Below, in pieces: positions 9,871-19,948 of a DNA stretch of 64,000 nucleotides (position 1 is the first letter of the stretch; each line of letters starts with the position of its first letter). The stretch is from an uncultured delta proteobacterium. Its GTDB lineage: Bacteria > Desulfobacterota > Binatia > UBA9968. A program made the position numbers and the translations under genes. Under the pieces are notes generated by a model that searched no databases, was not told where the DNA came from, and saw only the letters and a program-made list of their open reading frames with translations. Location: the NCBI GenBank assembly GCA_963745835.1, contig CAVUZH010000003.1, positions 896,001-960,000 of the forward strand, in the 5' to 3' direction.

Positions 9871-10978
9871 AGCTGCAGGGGAACTATTGCAGGATGGTGC
9901 TGTTCGACCGGAAGATTTTATTCGCTTCGTCGAGCAGCATTGGTTACATCTTCTGGTTTTTCCTCTGCTCAACGGATCGCCGGCACGGAAATGGCTGCCG
10001 CGCAAGTGTTTCGCTGAACTTAAAGCTTACTCCTTACGACAATGGGCTACACAGGAGCGCCTGATCCGAGAACTTTTTGGTATTTCAACTCTCTTGGAAG
10101 CAGCCGGCCATGAGTTCATATTGCTCAAGGGACCTTATCTCGCCGAGCGGTTCTTCGGGGGTATCGATCGCCGCCCATTCTCGGACCTGGACATTCTTAT
10201 CAGAAGAGAAGATATCGCAGCGGTGGAACGGCGTTTGTGCGATAACGGTTTCGCCAACAACTCCTCTACTTTACTTAGCCGGCGACTCACTACTTATTTT
10301 ACCTATTCCTTTGACTTCGTTAAGCCCAATGTTGCGGTCGATCTGCATTGGCGTTTTTCGGCCCAGCTTACCCACCGTCTCGATTACCAAGCTATCTGGG
10401 AACAGAAACAAGTCTTCAGCTTGCGCACGCATCGTTTTTGGGTATTGCCCGACGAGTACGAAGTAGTTTTCAATCTCATCTCCATCTTCAAAGACCTGGA
10501 GATGGGTATCGCCCGTTTAAGATCCTTCGTTGATTTATACTTCATCCTTAGCCGAGTCGGTGACCAACTCGACTGGGAAGCATTTCGCGAACATCGGAAG
10601 CGTGAGAAGGTTCTCCGGATCTCCGTTAGTATTCTAAATTTGTTTTTCGAGTTGTTCGACTGCAGGGACGAATTTCCAAGGGTGGCTGCAATGGTTGCGG
10701 GCGAGGAGCGACAAATCAAGGTCGTTCCCGTAAAACACTACCGGGATTTAATGGACGTAGTTCCCGGAGCGGCGCGGAACAAGATGTGGGCGTCTGATCT
10801 ATACGAATGCTCCCGGTTCAATCTGTTTCTGTGGTGGGTCCTAGGGTTGCCGTTTCGTATCGCCGTCTACCATCCAGCCAAGTATGCTCGGATAAAAGAT
10901 ATGATGAATTGGATAGGTTTTGCGCGGCCCGAACGCAGACTTGAGGCAGACGCGCTCAGGGAAATGAATAATCAATAA
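9773..10978 (+). CDS. Uncharacterised nucleotidyltransferase family protein (NTP_transf_5-like)
   Basis: ILLKGPYLA...RPFSDLDILI, VDLHW, LRSFVDL. True start may be 9782 or 9815. Confidence 0.85.
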   Translation: MGYMLEQRDVNHAAMSFQLNLKLLSLLLKGNHKAAGELLQDGAVRPEDFIRFVEQHWLHLLVFPLLNGSPARKWLPRKCFAELKAYSLRQWATQERLIRELFGISTLLEAAGHEFILLKGPYLAERFFGGIDRRPFSDLDILIRREDIAAVERRLCDNGFANNSSTLLSRRLTTYFTYSFDFVKPNVAVDLHWRFSAQLTHRLDYQAIWEQKQVFSLRTHRFWVLPDEYEVVFNLISIFKDLEMGIARLRSFVDLYFILSRVGDQLDWEAFREHRKREKVLRISVSILNLFFELFDCRDEFPRVAAMVAGEERQIKVVPVKHYRDLMDVVPGAARNKMWASDLYECSRFNLFLWWVLGLPFRIAVYHPAKYARIKDMMNWIGFARPERRLEADALREMNNQ

Positions 10979-11123
10979 ACACCTCGGTCAAACAGCCATT
11001 CGAGTCGGAAATTCGCCGCCTACCGAGAGATCGGCCTCAGCAGCACAACTTAATCAAGCTCATTCACGGGAAACCTGATTGACCCCTGAGTATCCAGCTT
11101 CTCTTCACTGTGGCGGTTCCGCT

Positions 11124-11885
11124 ATGCGTGTCGTGATCACCGGTGCCGCTGGCAGCATCGGCAGCCAATTGGTTGAGGAACTGTCCCGCTCCCATGAGCT
11201 GTGCCTTATCGACGTCCGTCCTATAAGCGGTCGAAGATCCATAATCGGCAATTTATCGGTGCTTCCAAGAGGCTGGCGGAGTTGGCTCAAACCAAAATCT
11301 ATGCACTGGAGCGAGGCGTTTAAGGGGGCTCAGGTAGTCGTCCATCTTGCCGCCGATATCGACCCTAAGGCGCTCTGGGAAAGCGTGCTCCCCAACAACA
11401 TTGAAGGAACCTGGAATGTTATCCATGCCGCAACCGAGCATGGGGTACGGCGGATCGTCTTCGCGAGCTCCAATTGGGCGGTGAAAGCGCTCGAGGAAAA
11501 ATTGGCGCCCGGCTGCTATCAACCGGACGGGCCAAAGATCGGTTCTGACGCGCCTCCATTTCCGCTGACGGCATATGGTCTATCAAAATCTTTTGGCGAA
11601 CTCGCCGGCAGGATGTTCGTCGACGAAGGAAAGCTGGAAACTTTTGTTGCCGTGCGCATAGGCAATTATGGGCCTAATCCTTCGAACGATGAGATGGTAC
11701 GCGGCCGCTGGATTGGCACAGACGACATACGCAGCCTTTTCAGGCGCTGTGTTGAAGCGGACCTCAGGGGTTTTCACGTGGTTTATGGGGTATCCGCGCA
11801 AAAGACAGCGCCTTATGACCTCTCGCACACACGTAAAGCGCTCTCGTGGCTTCCGCAGCAAGTTCCCGCCGACCACGAAACTTGA
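11124..11885 (+). CDS. NAD-dependent epimerase/dehydratase (uronate dehydrogenase-like SDR)
   Basis: VVITGAAGSIG, VHLAA, FASSNWAV, YGLSK, VRIG, VVYGVS. Confidence 0.85.
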   Translation: MRVVITGAAGSIGSQLVEELSRSHELCLIDVRPISGRRSIIGNLSVLPRGWRSWLKPKSMHWSEAFKGAQVVVHLAADIDPKALWESVLPNNIEGTWNVIHAATEHGVRRIVFASSNWAVKALEEKLAPGCYQPDGPKIGSDAPPFPLTAYGLSKSFGELAGRMFVDEGKLETFVAVRIGNYGPNPSNDEMVRGRWIGTDDIRSLFRRCVEADLRGFHVVYGVSAQKTAPYDLSHTRKALSWLPQQVPADHET

Positions 11886-11907
11886 TCCACTCAGTGGAAC
11901 ACAAAAT

Positions 11908-12666
11908 ATGCGCGTTGTGATAACCGGCGCTGCCGGTCGCATCGGTCGTCAGATGGTAGAAGAGCTCTCTGACGCGTATGAACTTCGCCTCATAGACCGT
12001 GTGCGCCTGCCTCGGCGAAGGTCGATTGTCGCCGACCTTTCTCGAAGTCATGGCGGTCCGATGAAGCGCACCTGGCGGTGCTTTGGACGTTCGGCTTGGA
12101 TCGAATTGTTTCGGGGAGTCGATGTCGTGCTCCACTTGGCGGCAGATGTCCGCAACGATGCGCCATGGGATTCGGTATACGTTAATAACATAAAGGCTAC
12201 ATGGAACGTCCTTGAAGCTGCAGCGCGATATCAAGTACCTCGGGTGATCTTCGCCAGTTCAAACTGGGCGGTCAGATCGCTTGAGCAATCGTTGGCGCCG
12301 GCATGTTACCAGCCGGGCGGTCCCAAGATTGGCTCTGCCGCTTCGCCACAACCTCTCGGTCCGTACGGTATCTCCAAAGCTCTTGGCGAGCTTGCAGGGC
12401 GAATGTTCGTGGATCAGCGGCAGTTACGTTTATTCATCGCCGTTAGGATCGGCGCCTATGCGCCCGAACCCGAAAGGACCGATGAGAGGTTAAGCGCTCT
12501 CTGGATCGGTGTTCAGGATCTCCGCAGCCTGCTGCGCCGCTGCGTCGAATCATCATCGGAAGGATTTCATGTCGTCTATGGCGTTTCAGGTCAGACGACG
12601 ACGCCCTATGATTTATCGTACACGTGTAATTTTCTCTCGTGGCAACCGCGTCAAAGCGCTCTGTGA
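11908..12666 (+). CDS. NAD-dependent epimerase/dehydratase (tandem paralogue)
   Basis: VVITGAAGRIG, FASSNWAV, LAPACYQPGGPKIG, YGISK. Closely similar to 11124-11885. Confidence 0.85.
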   Translation: MRVVITGAAGRIGRQMVEELSDAYELRLIDRVRLPRRRSIVADLSRSHGGPMKRTWRCFGRSAWIELFRGVDVVLHLAADVRNDAPWDSVYVNNIKATWNVLEAAARYQVPRVIFASSNWAVRSLEQSLAPACYQPGGPKIGSAASPQPLGPYGISKALGELAGRMFVDQRQLRLFIAVRIGAYAPEPERTDERLSALWIGVQDLRSLLRRCVESSSEGFHVVYGVSGQTTTPYDLSYTCNFLSWQPRQSAL

Positions 12667-12687
12667 AGGAAGTTAACAGATACGGCT

Positions 12688-14007
12688 GTGTTTCTCCTGA
12701 CTTATTTGAAAGCTCATATACGATCGCAGAAATCTCTCTTTTTCGACAGCGGCGTAGATCGTGAGCAGCGATGGGCATCGACTCTCGAAAATTGGAACTT
12801 GGGTGAGGCGCGAAGCAGCCTCGAGCGCATTCTTACACAGAATATAATTCCTTTCTGGTATCCGGGCGTGATTGATTCTAACGATGGCGGCTATCGCCTG
12901 AATCATGATTTGCAAGGAAGATGGAGAGGACCGGCAAGTAAATGTCTCGTCACACAGGCCAGGACGCTCTGGTTTTTTTCACGCTTAATCAATTCAAATT
13001 ACCGCATTCCTGATTGTCTCGCCGCAGCTAGTCATGGGTATGAGTTTCTAAGAGATAGAATGTGGGATCGCGAGTTCGGCGGATTTTACTGGGAAATCGA
13101 TTCATCAGGACAGAGCGCTGCCAAGCCCGAAAAGCAGATTTATGGCCAGGCCTTCGCGCTTTATGCATTGACGGAGTACGCCACAGCGTCGGGCGATTCA
13201 TCCGCGAAGGATACAGCTAAAGAGCTTTTTGGATTGATCGAAACCAAAGCGCACGACAAGCGATACGGCGGCTATAGAGACATGTTACAACGCGACTGGA
13301 CGCCGCTGTCTGAGAGCCGTGTGGCTGACGGGCATGATCGAGTACCGCGTAAACGTATGAATACGCATCTCCATTTGCTGGAGGCGATAACAAGCTTTTA
13401 TAGCTTTACTGAGGACGCGCTGGCGCGCGAGCGGCTCATCGAATTGATTCTCGTCAATAGTAACTCAGTCGTGAGAAAGGATATCGGCGCCTGCACTGAT
13501 CAATACCTGGAAAATTGGCAACCGCTTACTGCGCCTGATTACCAGCGGATATCGTACGGCCATGATCTGGAGAATATTTGGCTTTTGATGAAAGCCTGCA
13601 AAACCGCGGGTATTGCGGAAAATCTCTTATCGGATCTTTACCGGAGCCTCTTCAAGTATGCGCTTCAGTACGGGCTGGATCGAAAAAACGGCGGTTTCTA
13701 TAATTCCGGTTTTTTTAATTCGCCGGCTGACCAGCGCGAAAAGATATGGTGGGTTCAGGCCGAGAGTCTAGTCGCTGCTCTTGAGATGTACAGGCTTACT
13801 CGAGAGCAGATCTATTCGGATTGTTTCTCGCTTGTTCTCGATTGGATCGTGAACCACCAGGTGGACTGGAAACATGGCGACTGGTACGAAAAGGTCGACG
13901 AGGAAGGAAAAGCGTCGGGCGTGAAAGCTGGACCCTGGAAGGGGCCGTACCACAACGGTCGAGCTATGCTGCGGTGTTTAGATCTGCTGGATTCATGCTC
14001 GTTTTAG
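12688..14007 (+). CDS. AGE family epimerase/isomerase (cellobiose 2-epimerase-like)
   Basis: QARTLWFFS, DREFGGFYW, YGQAFALYAL, MNTHLHLLEA, SYGHDLE, WWVQAE, WKGPYHNGR. Confidence 0.9.
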   Translation: MFLLTYLKAHIRSQKSLFFDSGVDREQRWASTLENWNLGEARSSLERILTQNIIPFWYPGVIDSNDGGYRLNHDLQGRWRGPASKCLVTQARTLWFFSRLINSNYRIPDCLAAASHGYEFLRDRMWDREFGGFYWEIDSSGQSAAKPEKQIYGQAFALYALTEYATASGDSSAKDTAKELFGLIETKAHDKRYGGYRDMLQRDWTPLSESRVADGHDRVPRKRMNTHLHLLEAITSFYSFTEDALARERLIELILVNSNSVVRKDIGACTDQYLENWQPLTAPDYQRISYGHDLENIWLLMKACKTAGIAENLLSDLYRSLFKYALQYGLDRKNGGFYNSGFFNSPADQREKIWWVQAESLVAALEMYRLTREQIYSDCFSLVLDWIVNHQVDWKHGDWYEKVDEEGKASGVKAGPWKGPYHNGRAMLRCLDLLDSCSF

Positions 14008-14026
14008 AAAAGAGTCATTCACTATA

Positions 14027-14737
14027 ATGTCGTCGTTAGTCAGTTGCATCGTTCCGGTTTTCAACGGCGAGCGATATTTGGGCGAGGCGCTCGAGAGTAT
14101 TCTGGCGCAAACCTACCGGCCGCTCGAGATTATCGTTGTCGATGATGGATCGACCGACACTACGCCAGGGGTCGCGGCTTGTTACGAAGAGCAAATTCGC
14201 TATGTAAGACAAGATAACGCCGGAGCGCCAAGCGCGCGTAATCTTGGGCTGAGCCTTTCCGGCGGCGGGTTTGTAGCGTTTCTCGATGCCGACGACCTCT
14301 GGGGTGCCGAGAAGTTGGAACGGCAAATGCGGCGATTCGATGTGCGTCCGGAACTCGAACTATGTGTCACGTACTTGCAGAATTTTTGGATTGCGGAACT
14401 GAAGGCTGAAGAGAACCGCTTCAAAGGCCATCGGCTCTCCGAGCCGGTGCCTGGTTACGTTACACAGACTCTCTTGGCCCGCAGATCCGCTTTCGACAAG
14501 GTCGGCATGTTTGACGAGTCTTTGCAGGTCGGAGATACGACGGACTGGTTTTTACGCGCCGGAGAGCGGGGGCTAGTAACTGAATTGCTTACCGATGTAC
14601 TAGTTAATCGACGGATGCACGAGCATAACATGTCTATGCAGTCGGGCACTCGTCGTATGACCCCGCAAATGCAACATTCGATGTTGCGTGTCGTTAAGGC
14701 GTCGCTCGATCGCAGCCGGCTTGATCACAAGAACTGA
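14027..14737 (+). CDS. GT2 (GT-A) glycosyltransferase
   Basis: VSCIVPVFNGERYL, VVDDGSTD, ARNLG, FLDADDLW. Confidence 0.9.
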   Translation: MSSLVSCIVPVFNGERYLGEALESILAQTYRPLEIIVVDDGSTDTTPGVAACYEEQIRYVRQDNAGAPSARNLGLSLSGGGFVAFLDADDLWGAEKLERQMRRFDVRPELELCVTYLQNFWIAELKAEENRFKGHRLSEPVPGYVTQTLLARRSAFDKVGMFDESLQVGDTTDWFLRAGERGLVTELLTDVLVNRRMHEHNMSMQSGTRRMTPQMQHSMLRVVKASLDRSRLDHKN

Positions 14738-14897
14738 AAGACTTTATTCTTCGATTCCGTTCAGCTATCTACCGATTTCGATCTGAAAAATCAGAATCCA
14801 ACGGACCCTGCTGCCTTGAAGTTTTCGACCATACCGTGGGGTAAAAAAAGAATAGGCGGCGGCCTTTGTAGGAATACGGACTCGGCAGGACAACGCC

Positions 14898-15882
14898 ATG
14901 GATTTTAAATACGACGTGGAAGCGGATTGGGTTCTGTTGACGACCTGCAATTTCCGTTGTGCCTACTGCTTTGTTCCGCTTCCTGACTTGGCGAGCAAGT
15001 TAACGACGCATGGCACGAATGTTCAGTGGGCGGAAGGATTCGCGGCAACCGAAAAGACCTGGCTATTGCACATAAGCGGGGGCGAACCTTCCATTTATCC
15101 GGGCTTCGTTGATCTGTGCGAAAAACTCAGTCGGCGTCATTACTTGTCAATTAATTCCAACCTGTCGCACCGGTGTATAGAAACCTTCGGGGAAACAATC
15201 GATCCGGAACGAGTTCATTTTATCAATGCAGCCGTGCACTATGACGAGAGGCCAAGGCCGAGATCGCTTGCGGCTTTCATAACTCGTGTGCAGAAGCTCC
15301 ATATGCACCGGTTTCATGTGTTTGTCTCCTTGGTTATGACTCCTATCATGGTGAGGAACTTTCCTGAAATATCGAGGTACTTCGAATCCCATGGATTATC
15401 TCTCATTCCAAAGGTTATGCGCGACCGATTCCAAGGGAAGGTCTACCCACATGCGTACTCTGGTGAGGAGAAGTCCCTCCTGCGTGAATATTTAGCGAAG
15501 GCAAGGGAGAACTATGTTTCAGTCAAAGCCGTGATGGGTGAAACACCGACGATTAACATGCTGGATGATGACAGGTTCCTGGATTGCCCTCGGAGTTATC
15601 GCGGTAAGCTCTGTGGTTCGCGACACAACTTTGTCCGCATCGAACCGAATGGAGCTGGTGGTCCGTTGTGGGTCGGCGATGCAACTTGGCAATATCCTTC
15701 TAAAAAATGTCGCTCTTCTTAACACGCCCAAACCTTGTGACAGTTTTTACTGTCCGTACTTTTGTGAGAAATACACGTCATCGCCATTCGCGCCTGCGCA
15801 AGAAACGAAGAGAGATCTTGGTGATTTTTTCGTGTCATTGAAGGCGTGGCGAGATTCGCAACGGCAACAGCCGGAGAGATAA
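14898..15882 (+). CDS. Radical SAM protein with C-terminal Cys-rich (twitch/SPASM-like) domain; one +1 frameshift near 15652
   Basis: CNFRCAYC, SGGEP. ORF 14898-15722 continues in the frame of 15538-15882: ..LC..RIEPNG/VVRCG..LGNI..KPCDSFYCPYFC. Confidence 0.8.
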
Positions 15883-15992
15883 GGAAATAAGCACTCTGAA
15901 GGGCGGAGCGTAACGCAGCTGCGCGCCGGCTTGCGTCCACTCAACAGGATCCGCCCAGTGCTTTAAGTTCGACGTCTCGGCGGATAGAAGCA

Positions 15993-16715
15993 TTGACGAC
16001 GGAGAACTACTTTACGGGATCATCTTTGATCTGCTGCATCGTGCCAGTTTACAACGGCGAAAAGTATTTGTCCGAGACGCTGGATAGTATTCTGGCGCAG
16101 ACGTATCGGCCTTTGGAGATACTCGTGGCCGACGATGGCTCGACGGGACCGCCTCGGTTGTGGCGAGTTATGGCGATCAGGTTCGACATCTATTCCAGCC
16201 TAACGCTCCAAACGGCCGCTATATGCAACTTGGGCCTCAGGACCGCGCAACGCGCCTTTCGTTTCGTGGATGCAGGACGATCTGTGGCATCCAGACAAGT
16301 TAGGAAGTCAGATAGCTCGTTTTTAGGTATGGCTTCAATTCGACGTGAGCGTCACACATGGGCCAAAATTTTTCGGTCATGGAGCTCGAGGAGGAACGTG
16401 AGCAGTTCCACGATCACGGGGTTTCACAACCCTACCCAGTATGTGCCGCAGGCGCTCCTGGCACGACGCACGCTGTTTAACACAGTGGGTTACTTCAGGT
16501 GTCCGCTCCCAGGCAGGTGGACGCTACCAATTGGTTTCTGCGCGCAGTTGAACATGGAGCATCCTGGAGTTGTTACCCGATGTTCTGGTGTATAGTCGCA
16601 TCCTCAGAATAACTTAAGTCGGCGCATGAGTTCTGCCAGCAGAAGTGAGTATCTGCAACTCTTGAAGTCCTCGTTAGATCGCCGGCGCCTTCAAAAAATC
16701 CGAAGACGCTGCTAA
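15993..16715 (+). pseudogene. GT2 glycosyltransferase pseudogene (paralogue of 14027 and 17413)
   Basis: ICCIVPVYNGEKYLSETLDSILAQTYRPLEILVADDGST, then multiple frameshifts. C-terminal 'LKSSLDRRR' is recognisable near 16660-16690. Confidence 0.8.
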
Positions 16716-16876
16716 TGAGATTGGGACTGACTAGAAACGGTGTCAGACATTCGTGGTGTTCTCTAACGTCCATATTAAGGCCAAAGCTTTAAGGGAAGCA
16801 AAAGACCGATTGCCCCGAGGTTTAGCTAAGAAGTCGCGAGATTCTGTGTCCTAAACATCAATACATTAATCAACTA

Positions 16877-16885
16877 AGAGGAGGG
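16877..16885 (+). promoter_or_regulatory. Strong Shine-Dalgarno site of the PqqD/RRE gene
   Basis: AGAGGAGGG ending 4 nt upstream of ATG 16890. Confidence 0.7.
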
Positions 16886-16889
16886 TCCG

Positions 16890-17339
16890 ATGTTAAGTTT
16901 AAAAGATCGTTTGCGTGTGAACGAAGAAGAGGTCGCTGCCAAGGTGATCGATGGCGAGGCGATCATCATCAACCTGGCCAACGGGGTCTACTACAGTATG
17001 GACAAAGTAGGGGCTCTGATGTGGGATGTACTTCAGGGAGGACATAGCTTAGAAGAAGCGATTGTGGCCATCACTGGCCAGTACGACGTTTCGCCTGAGC
17101 AGGCAGAATTGAATGTACGAGAGTTGGTCCAGGAGCTTGTGCAAGAGAATCTGCTGCGTCCTTCAGACAACGGCGTTACCGCTGATGCGTCAGGAACGAT
17201 TGAGCAGCAGGAAAAAATGCCATACGAGACTCCCAAGCTCAATATCTATAGGGATATGGGAGACCTCCTGGCACTCGATCCTCCGGTTCCCGGTCTCGGC
17301 GACACTCCCTGGAAAGAGCCCGAAGAGCCTTCCAAGTAG
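16890..17339 (+). CDS. PqqD-family / RiPP recognition element (RRE) protein fused to a C-terminal leader-like peptide tail
   Basis: aa 1-90 fit the PqqD fold (VIDGEAIIINLANGVYYSMDKVGALMWDVL..GHSLEE..YDVSPEQAELNVRELVQELVQENLL), followed by a linker and the tail MPYETPKLNIYRDMGDLLALDPPVPGLGDTPWKEPEEPSK. Confidence 0.88.
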   Translation: MLSLKDRLRVNEEEVAAKVIDGEAIIINLANGVYYSMDKVGALMWDVLQGGHSLEEAIVAITGQYDVSPEQAELNVRELVQELVQENLLRPSDNGVTADASGTIEQQEKMPYETPKLNIYRDMGDLLALDPPVPGLGDTPWKEPEEPSK

Positions 17340-17412
17340 CGGGACGTGTGCGACTGGTAAGAGTACAAACTCGTTGATAGCTGCTGCTTCCCTTTATCCA
17401 AGGGCTTCATTC

Positions 17413-18114
17413 ATGGAACAACCGCTGATCAGTTGTATCATTCCGGTCTTCAATGGGGAGCGATATCTGGGCGAGGCACTCGACAGCATTCTCGCTCAGA
17501 GCTACCGACCCATCGAGATCATCGTCGTCGATGACGGATCCACCGATGGCACGGCTGGTGTCGTTGCTGCTTTTGGTGATCAGGTGCGCTACCTCAGGCA
17601 GAACAATCAGGGACCGTCGTCGGCGCGAAACTTGGGCATCCGCGCTGCCGCAGGCGGCTTCATTGCTTTTCTCGATGCAGACGATTTGTGGCATTCCGAA
17701 AAGCTACAACGACAAATGGACCGCTTCAAAACGCGTCGGGAACTGGACTATTGTGTAACGCATGTCCAGAATTTCTGGATTCCGGATCTCAGGGAGGAAG
17801 CAGCAAAGTATCGCGACCATCGCATCACGCGACCCATTCCGGGATACGTCACAGGAACGCTCCTTGGGCGTCGCGCCTTTTTTGAATCAGTGGGCTTATT
17901 CAACTTGGCTTTGGCCCACGGCGACAGCACCGAGTGGTTTTTGCGCGCAGCCGAACGCGGAGCGGTGATGGAACTTTTGCCGGAAGTCCTTATGTATCGT
18001 CGCCTGCACCCCACCAACCGCAGTCGGGTTCGCGCGGCTACTAGCCGTGAGGAGTATCTAAGGCTCGTGAAATTGTCGCTCGACCGCAGGCGCGGTTCCG
18101 AGCAGAACTCCTAA
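17413..18114 (+). CDS. GT2 (GT-A) glycosyltransferase
   Basis: ISCIIPVFNGERYL, VVDDGSTD, FLDADDLW. Paralogue of 14027. ATG 17413 lies downstream of the PqqD stop. Confidence 0.9.
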   Translation: MEQPLISCIIPVFNGERYLGEALDSILAQSYRPIEIIVVDDGSTDGTAGVVAAFGDQVRYLRQNNQGPSSARNLGIRAAAGGFIAFLDADDLWHSEKLQRQMDRFKTRRELDYCVTHVQNFWIPDLREEAAKYRDHRITRPIPGYVTGTLLGRRAFFESVGLFNLALAHGDSTEWFLRAAERGAVMELLPEVLMYRRLHPTNRSRVRAATSREEYLRLVKLSLDRRRGSEQNS

Positions 18115-18193
18115 ATCGCCAAAGAACAAGCCGCTTTGATCTAAGTAGCAGCGTGGCCGGATTAACCCGCCCGAATTCAGTATTGATATAACC

Positions 18194-19795
18194 ATGGAGG
18201 CTGCTAAGACACTGCTTGGCGTACTGTTGTTTGGTTTCGTATTGAATACTCTGGCTATCGATTGGGGCATTCCGAACACTCATTCGTGGAACCCGGATGA
18301 TATAGCACCAGACAAACCGCTACGGATCACTGAAACGTACACTAAGGGATGGCATAAGTACCCCTATTTACAATCCTGGATCGATTTTGCGATTTTCAGT
18401 CCCGTGCTTTTTTACTGGACGATCCGTAAGATCTATGTGCCGGCCTGCAACTCCAACATCGACACCTGCTTTAATGATCCGTATAACCAACTCAGTGTGC
18501 TGTTAATACTGTCGCGGATTATGACAGCCATCATGGCGCTCGGAGCCGTTTATTGGACTTACCAAACTTCACTATTGGTGTTTCACGACCGTCTGGCAGC
18601 AATGTTGGGCGCGCTGATCCTAACGTGTTCGAATGTCTTCGTCTTCCATGCGCAGCTTGGCAACGTGGATGTGCCTTGTCTCTTTTGGTTTGCATGGTCA
18701 CTTTATTACTATGCTCGGATTCTTCAGACCAATGAAGTCAAAAACTACCTTGCATTCGGCTTCTTATCGGCGTGTGCGTTAGCGACAAAGGAATCGATCA
18801 TCGGAGCGTATGTTCTTGTGGGACTGACTCTCTATGCGTTGTATGTGAAGCGTGTCATGCCGGAATTGAAGGCCCCGAGATTCGGGCGCCTATGGAAAAT
18901 TCATTCCGACGTGCGAATTTTGGGCCTTTTAGCGGTGCTTCTTTTTACGTACGCGCTGATCAACAACGTGTTTTTCAATTGGCAAGGGTTCACCAGACAT
19001 TTCGCGCATTGGATTGGCAGCGATGCCCTCGGCACTGCCCCTTATTCTAGGGTTCACATGGGCGCAAGGTGGCTCTTAAAAACGTTTGTTCTTCAGTTGA
19101 AGGATGGCATGGGTTCGGCCTTGCTGCTGCTGTGCATAGGAGGCTTGGTTTATGGCCTCAAGCGAAATTTCAGGGGAAGTTTGCTCCTGATCCTCCCGAT
19201 TGTTTCGTATTATTTGTTTACGATTCAAATGGTTAATTTTACCTACACTCGCTTCGGGCTCCCGGTCATTGTCTTGCTTGCGATTTTTGGCGGCTTGTTC
19301 GCCGCGTTTCTTTCACGTTCTAGATGGACACCCCTATCACTTCTTGTACTTGTAGTCGCGTTTGCACAAGGGGTTTTGATGTCGGCGAATACAATAGTGA
19401 CGATGCGCAACGATAGTCGCTACGCCACCGAACAGTGGCTGCTCAAGCACGTTCCAAACACAGAAAGAATTGGCGTGTTTGGTCTTCGCACTTATTTTCC
19501 TCGCTTTGGACTTTTGGGTTACGAAATGGAACGCTTGGCAGACGATCTTATAACGGTCGACTATTTGACGGCCAACGGCCCGCGGTATCTGGTGCTAACG
19601 TCCGCCTATTATGTCCCTTCTGAAGCGAAGCAAAAAAAAGTGGTGGATGCGCTATTCAGCCACCGTTTCGACTATCGAATAATTTGGGATTACAAATACG
19701 AATCTCCGCTGAAGCCTCTTCTAGGTGACCGCTATATGAGCGGCTTTATTAATCCCAGGATCACAGTGTTTAGGCGAGAAGGCGACTCGCTCTAA
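18194..19795 (+). CDS. GT-C fold membrane glycosyltransferase (ArnT/PMT-like)
   Basis: Polytopic membrane protein, DWGIP..SWNPDD loop, HKYP, SRIMTA, NVDVP, ALATKES, and a soluble C-terminal region. Confidence 0.75.
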   Translation: MEAAKTLLGVLLFGFVLNTLAIDWGIPNTHSWNPDDIAPDKPLRITETYTKGWHKYPYLQSWIDFAIFSPVLFYWTIRKIYVPACNSNIDTCFNDPYNQLSVLLILSRIMTAIMALGAVYWTYQTSLLVFHDRLAAMLGALILTCSNVFVFHAQLGNVDVPCLFWFAWSLYYYARILQTNEVKNYLAFGFLSACALATKESIIGAYVLVGLTLYALYVKRVMPELKAPRFGRLWKIHSDVRILGLLAVLLFTYALINNVFFNWQGFTRHFAHWIGSDALGTAPYSRVHMGARWLLKTFVLQLKDGMGSALLLLCIGGLVYGLKRNFRGSLLLILPIVSYYLFTIQMVNFTYTRFGLPVIVLLAIFGGLFAAFLSRSRWTPLSLLVLVVAFAQGVLMSANTIVTMRNDSRYATEQWLLKHVPNTERIGVFGLRTYFPRFGLLGYEMERLADDLITVDYLTANGPRYLVLTSAYYVPSEAKQKKVVDALFSHRFDYRIIWDYKYESPLKPLLGDRYMSGFINPRITVFRREGDSL

Positions 19796-19948
19796 GCACG
19801 CTGAATCAGCCGCGATCGCGCTTCTAATCGCTCTGATGCCTATCGATTTGAGTTCTTTTTATTTCCTTACAATCATTACAATCATTTGGCTTAAAACTTT
19901 ACCAGCGAATAACGAAGCAGACGGTACAGCAGCAGGGAACACGGATCG

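Noticed and set aside
16890-17339. PQQ biosynthesis (pqqD)
   Set aside because: No pqqA (ExxxY), pqqB or pqqC in the window. PqqD is used here only as a fold name.
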